From: Thermoanaerobaculia bacterium
Lineage (GTDB): Bacteria > Acidobacteriota > Thermoanaerobaculia > Gp7-AA8
Assembly (NCBI GenBank): GCA_035255945.1
Contig: DATEZA010000280.1
Coordinates: forward strand, 1-56,106
Direction of reading: 5' to 3'
Length of the DNA: 56,106 bases
Shown here one piece after another: positions 54,437-56,106 of this stretch. Position 1 is the first letter of the stretch. Every line of letters begins with the position of its first letter. The notes under the pieces are model-generated. The model was not told the origin of the DNA. It searched no databases and saw nothing but the letters and a program-made list of their open reading frames with translations. The position numbers were made by a program, and so were the translations under genes.

Positions 54437-54844
54437 ATGCGCTACACGATCTCCGAATACGTGCGATGGGAAGACATCGACGCCGCCGGCATCATCAACT
54501 ACCAGGCGTATCTCCGCTTCTTCGGACTGGCGGAGGTGGAGCTGTTCCGCCACTGCAATCTGTCGTACAAGGTGATGTTCGACGAGCTCGGGATCTGGCT
54601 CCCGCGCGTGCACGTCGAGTGCGATTTTCACCAGCCGGTGCGGCTCGATGACCTGCTCGCCGTCGACGCCTGGTTCGGCCACATCGGCACGAGCTCGATC
54701 CACCTGAACTTCGCCGCGCGGCAAGGAGATGTGGTGGTGGCGACCGGGAAGTACATCCTCGTCGCGGTGGCGCAGGGGACGTTTCAGCCGATGCGCGTGC
54801 CGGACGAATTGCGCGAGCGCGTGGCGGAGTACGTCGAGCAATAA
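54437..54844 (+). CDS. Acyl-CoA thioesterase (YbgC/FadM hotdog fold)
   Basis: VRWEDIDAAGIINY..Y, CDFHQPVRLDD, GTSS. Confidence 0.9.
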   Translation: MRYTISEYVRWEDIDAAGIINYQAYLRFFGLAEVELFRHCNLSYKVMFDELGIWLPRVHVECDFHQPVRLDDLLAVDAWFGHIGTSSIHLNFAARQGDVVVATGKYILVAVAQGTFQPMRVPDELRERVAEYVEQ

Positions 54845-54884
54845 CGTGACAGACATCTGATCGCAACCGCCTCACGCTGCGATC

Positions 54885-55925
54885 ATGAAACTGCTCATCT
54901 CTCTGCTGCTTTTTGCCTCGATCGCGCGTGCAAATCCATTCCAATACTCGTGGCAGGAGCTCGCGCCCGGCGTGTGGGCGGCGATCCGTCAGGATCCGTT
55001 CGAGTTGCCGCAGGAGGGGAACGCCGTCTTCGTCGTGACCGATCAGGGCGTGGTCCTCTTCGACGCCGGCGGCTCTCCGCGCATGGGCGAATCGATTGTG
55101 GCAAAGGTGCGCTCGGTAACGGACAAGCCGGTCACGCACGTGGTGCTCAGTCACTGGCACGGCGATCACATGCGCGGGCTGCAATCGATTCAGGCGGCGT
55201 TTCCGCACGTCGCGATCCTCGCCCATCCGTTCGCGCGCGACTTCATCTCATCGACGCAGGATCGCTGGCTGAAGCGGCGCGTGAGCATGGTGCCGAACAT
55301 CCGGAAAAACGTCGGCGCGATGCTGAAGAACGACCTGATTCCTGAAGAAAAGAGGTGGTTGCTCAACGGACTGCAAGCGACCGAGGAGCTCGATCGCGAG
55401 AACAACCGCACGACGTTCGTCGTCCCGAACGCGACGTTCACCGATCGCCTCACGCTGCACCTCGGCACACGCGAGATTCAGTTCCTCCATCTCGGCAACG
55501 CGCACACCGCGGGCGACATCATCATGTGGCTGCCGCAGGAGCGCATAGTCGCGACAGGCGACATCGTCACCGCGCCGATTCCGCTGATGCCGAGTGCGTA
55601 CACGCGTGATTACGCCGAAGTGCTGGCGAAGATCAAAGCACTGGAGTTCCGCACGCTCGTTCCCGGACACGGCCTCGTGCAACACGATGCGGCGTATCTC
55701 GGTCTGCTGACCGATCTGCTGCGCGTCGTCACCTCGCAGATGAAGTCGCTGACCGGCATGACGAAAGAGGAGGCGATCGCGAAAATCGATTTCAGTTCCG
55801 TCGAGAATCGCTTCACACACGGCGATGCGTTTCTGGCGAATCGACTTCACGATTACGTGAGCATCGGCTTGCCGGCGGCCGCGTATGACGTGGAGAAGGG
55901 AGTGGAAATGAAGGAAGTGTTTTGA
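54885..55925 (+). CDS. Secreted metallo-beta-lactamase-fold hydrolase
   Basis: Signal peptide, SHWHGDHMRG, AHTAGD, ATGD, VPGHG. Confidence 0.92.
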   Translation: MKLLISLLLFASIARANPFQYSWQELAPGVWAAIRQDPFELPQEGNAVFVVTDQGVVLFDAGGSPRMGESIVAKVRSVTDKPVTHVVLSHWHGDHMRGLQSIQAAFPHVAILAHPFARDFISSTQDRWLKRRVSMVPNIRKNVGAMLKNDLIPEEKRWLLNGLQATEELDRENNRTTFVVPNATFTDRLTLHLGTREIQFLHLGNAHTAGDIIMWLPQERIVATGDIVTAPIPLMPSAYTRDYAEVLAKIKALEFRTLVPGHGLVQHDAAYLGLLTDLLRVVTSQMKSLTGMTKEEAIAKIDFSSVENRFTHGDAFLANRLHDYVSIGLPAAAYDVEKGVEMKEVF

Positions 55926-55927
55926 GT

Positions 55928-56031
55928 CACCCGTCATCCCGAGCGTAGTCGAGGGACCTGGGGGGCGGGGGGCTCGGTTCGCGTGCCTCCACCCCCCCCA
56001 GGTCCCTCGACTACGCTCGGGATGACGGGTG
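55928..56031. repeat. CGTC-type palindromic repeat, 2 nt after the MBL stop
   Basis: cacccgtcatcccgagcgtagtcgagggacctggggg ... cccccaggtccctcgactacgctcgggatgacgggtg. Confidence 0.9.
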
Positions 56032-56045
56032 GAACCACAGCACTC

Positions 56046-56106
56046 TCACTTTCGTTCGAACACCGACGCGATCGTCTCGATCGGCACGCTGCGCTCGAGG
56101 TACTCC
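56046..56106 (-). CDS. 3' end of a gene running off the window
   Basis: Frame reads EYLERSVPIETIASVFERK-stop with host codon usage. Confidence 0.55.
   Translation of the reverse strand, partial: EYLERSVPIETIASVFERK

Overview
This is a high-GC (about 65-68% in hand-counted coding lines) bacterial chromosome segment. It is probably from Acidobacteriota, Thermoanaerobaculia-like; this is an inference from the Acidobacteria-type VWA protein, the large GT-C/YfhO membrane proteins and the overall gene mix. It holds about 65 densely packed housekeeping, envelope and regulatory genes: deoB/deoA, queC/queE, mce, tyrA, rph, glgC, aroA, xth, a VapBC-type toxin-antitoxin pair, two ABC systems, a NarL-type two-component system and an ECF sigma cassette. 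I recognised no tRNA, rRNA, CRISPR array, integrase or transposase. The best candidate for a new system is a ~1.1 kb low-GC insert (~35.0-36.1 kb). It encodes a secreted fulvocin C-like precursor with a 10-Cys C-terminus (split by a 1-nt frameshift), coupled to a 4-TM candidate immunity protein, and abuts a 5'-truncated DUF885 gene. Other notable items are a Tat-signal small subunit paired with a signal-less amidase, and an ECF promoter that appears to start inside a terminator/anti-SD hairpin. The intergenic DNA has at least five palindromic REP-like families, mostly 0-11 nt from stop codons, and inverted 7/8-mer tandem arrays. Two REP-centred duplicated or scrambled zones (2.1-2.8 kb, 22.9-23.6 kb) and an AC-rich tract suggest strain mixing or assembly noise, so indel-level claims need read support. 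All family assignments are from motif recognition and memory; no database searches were run.
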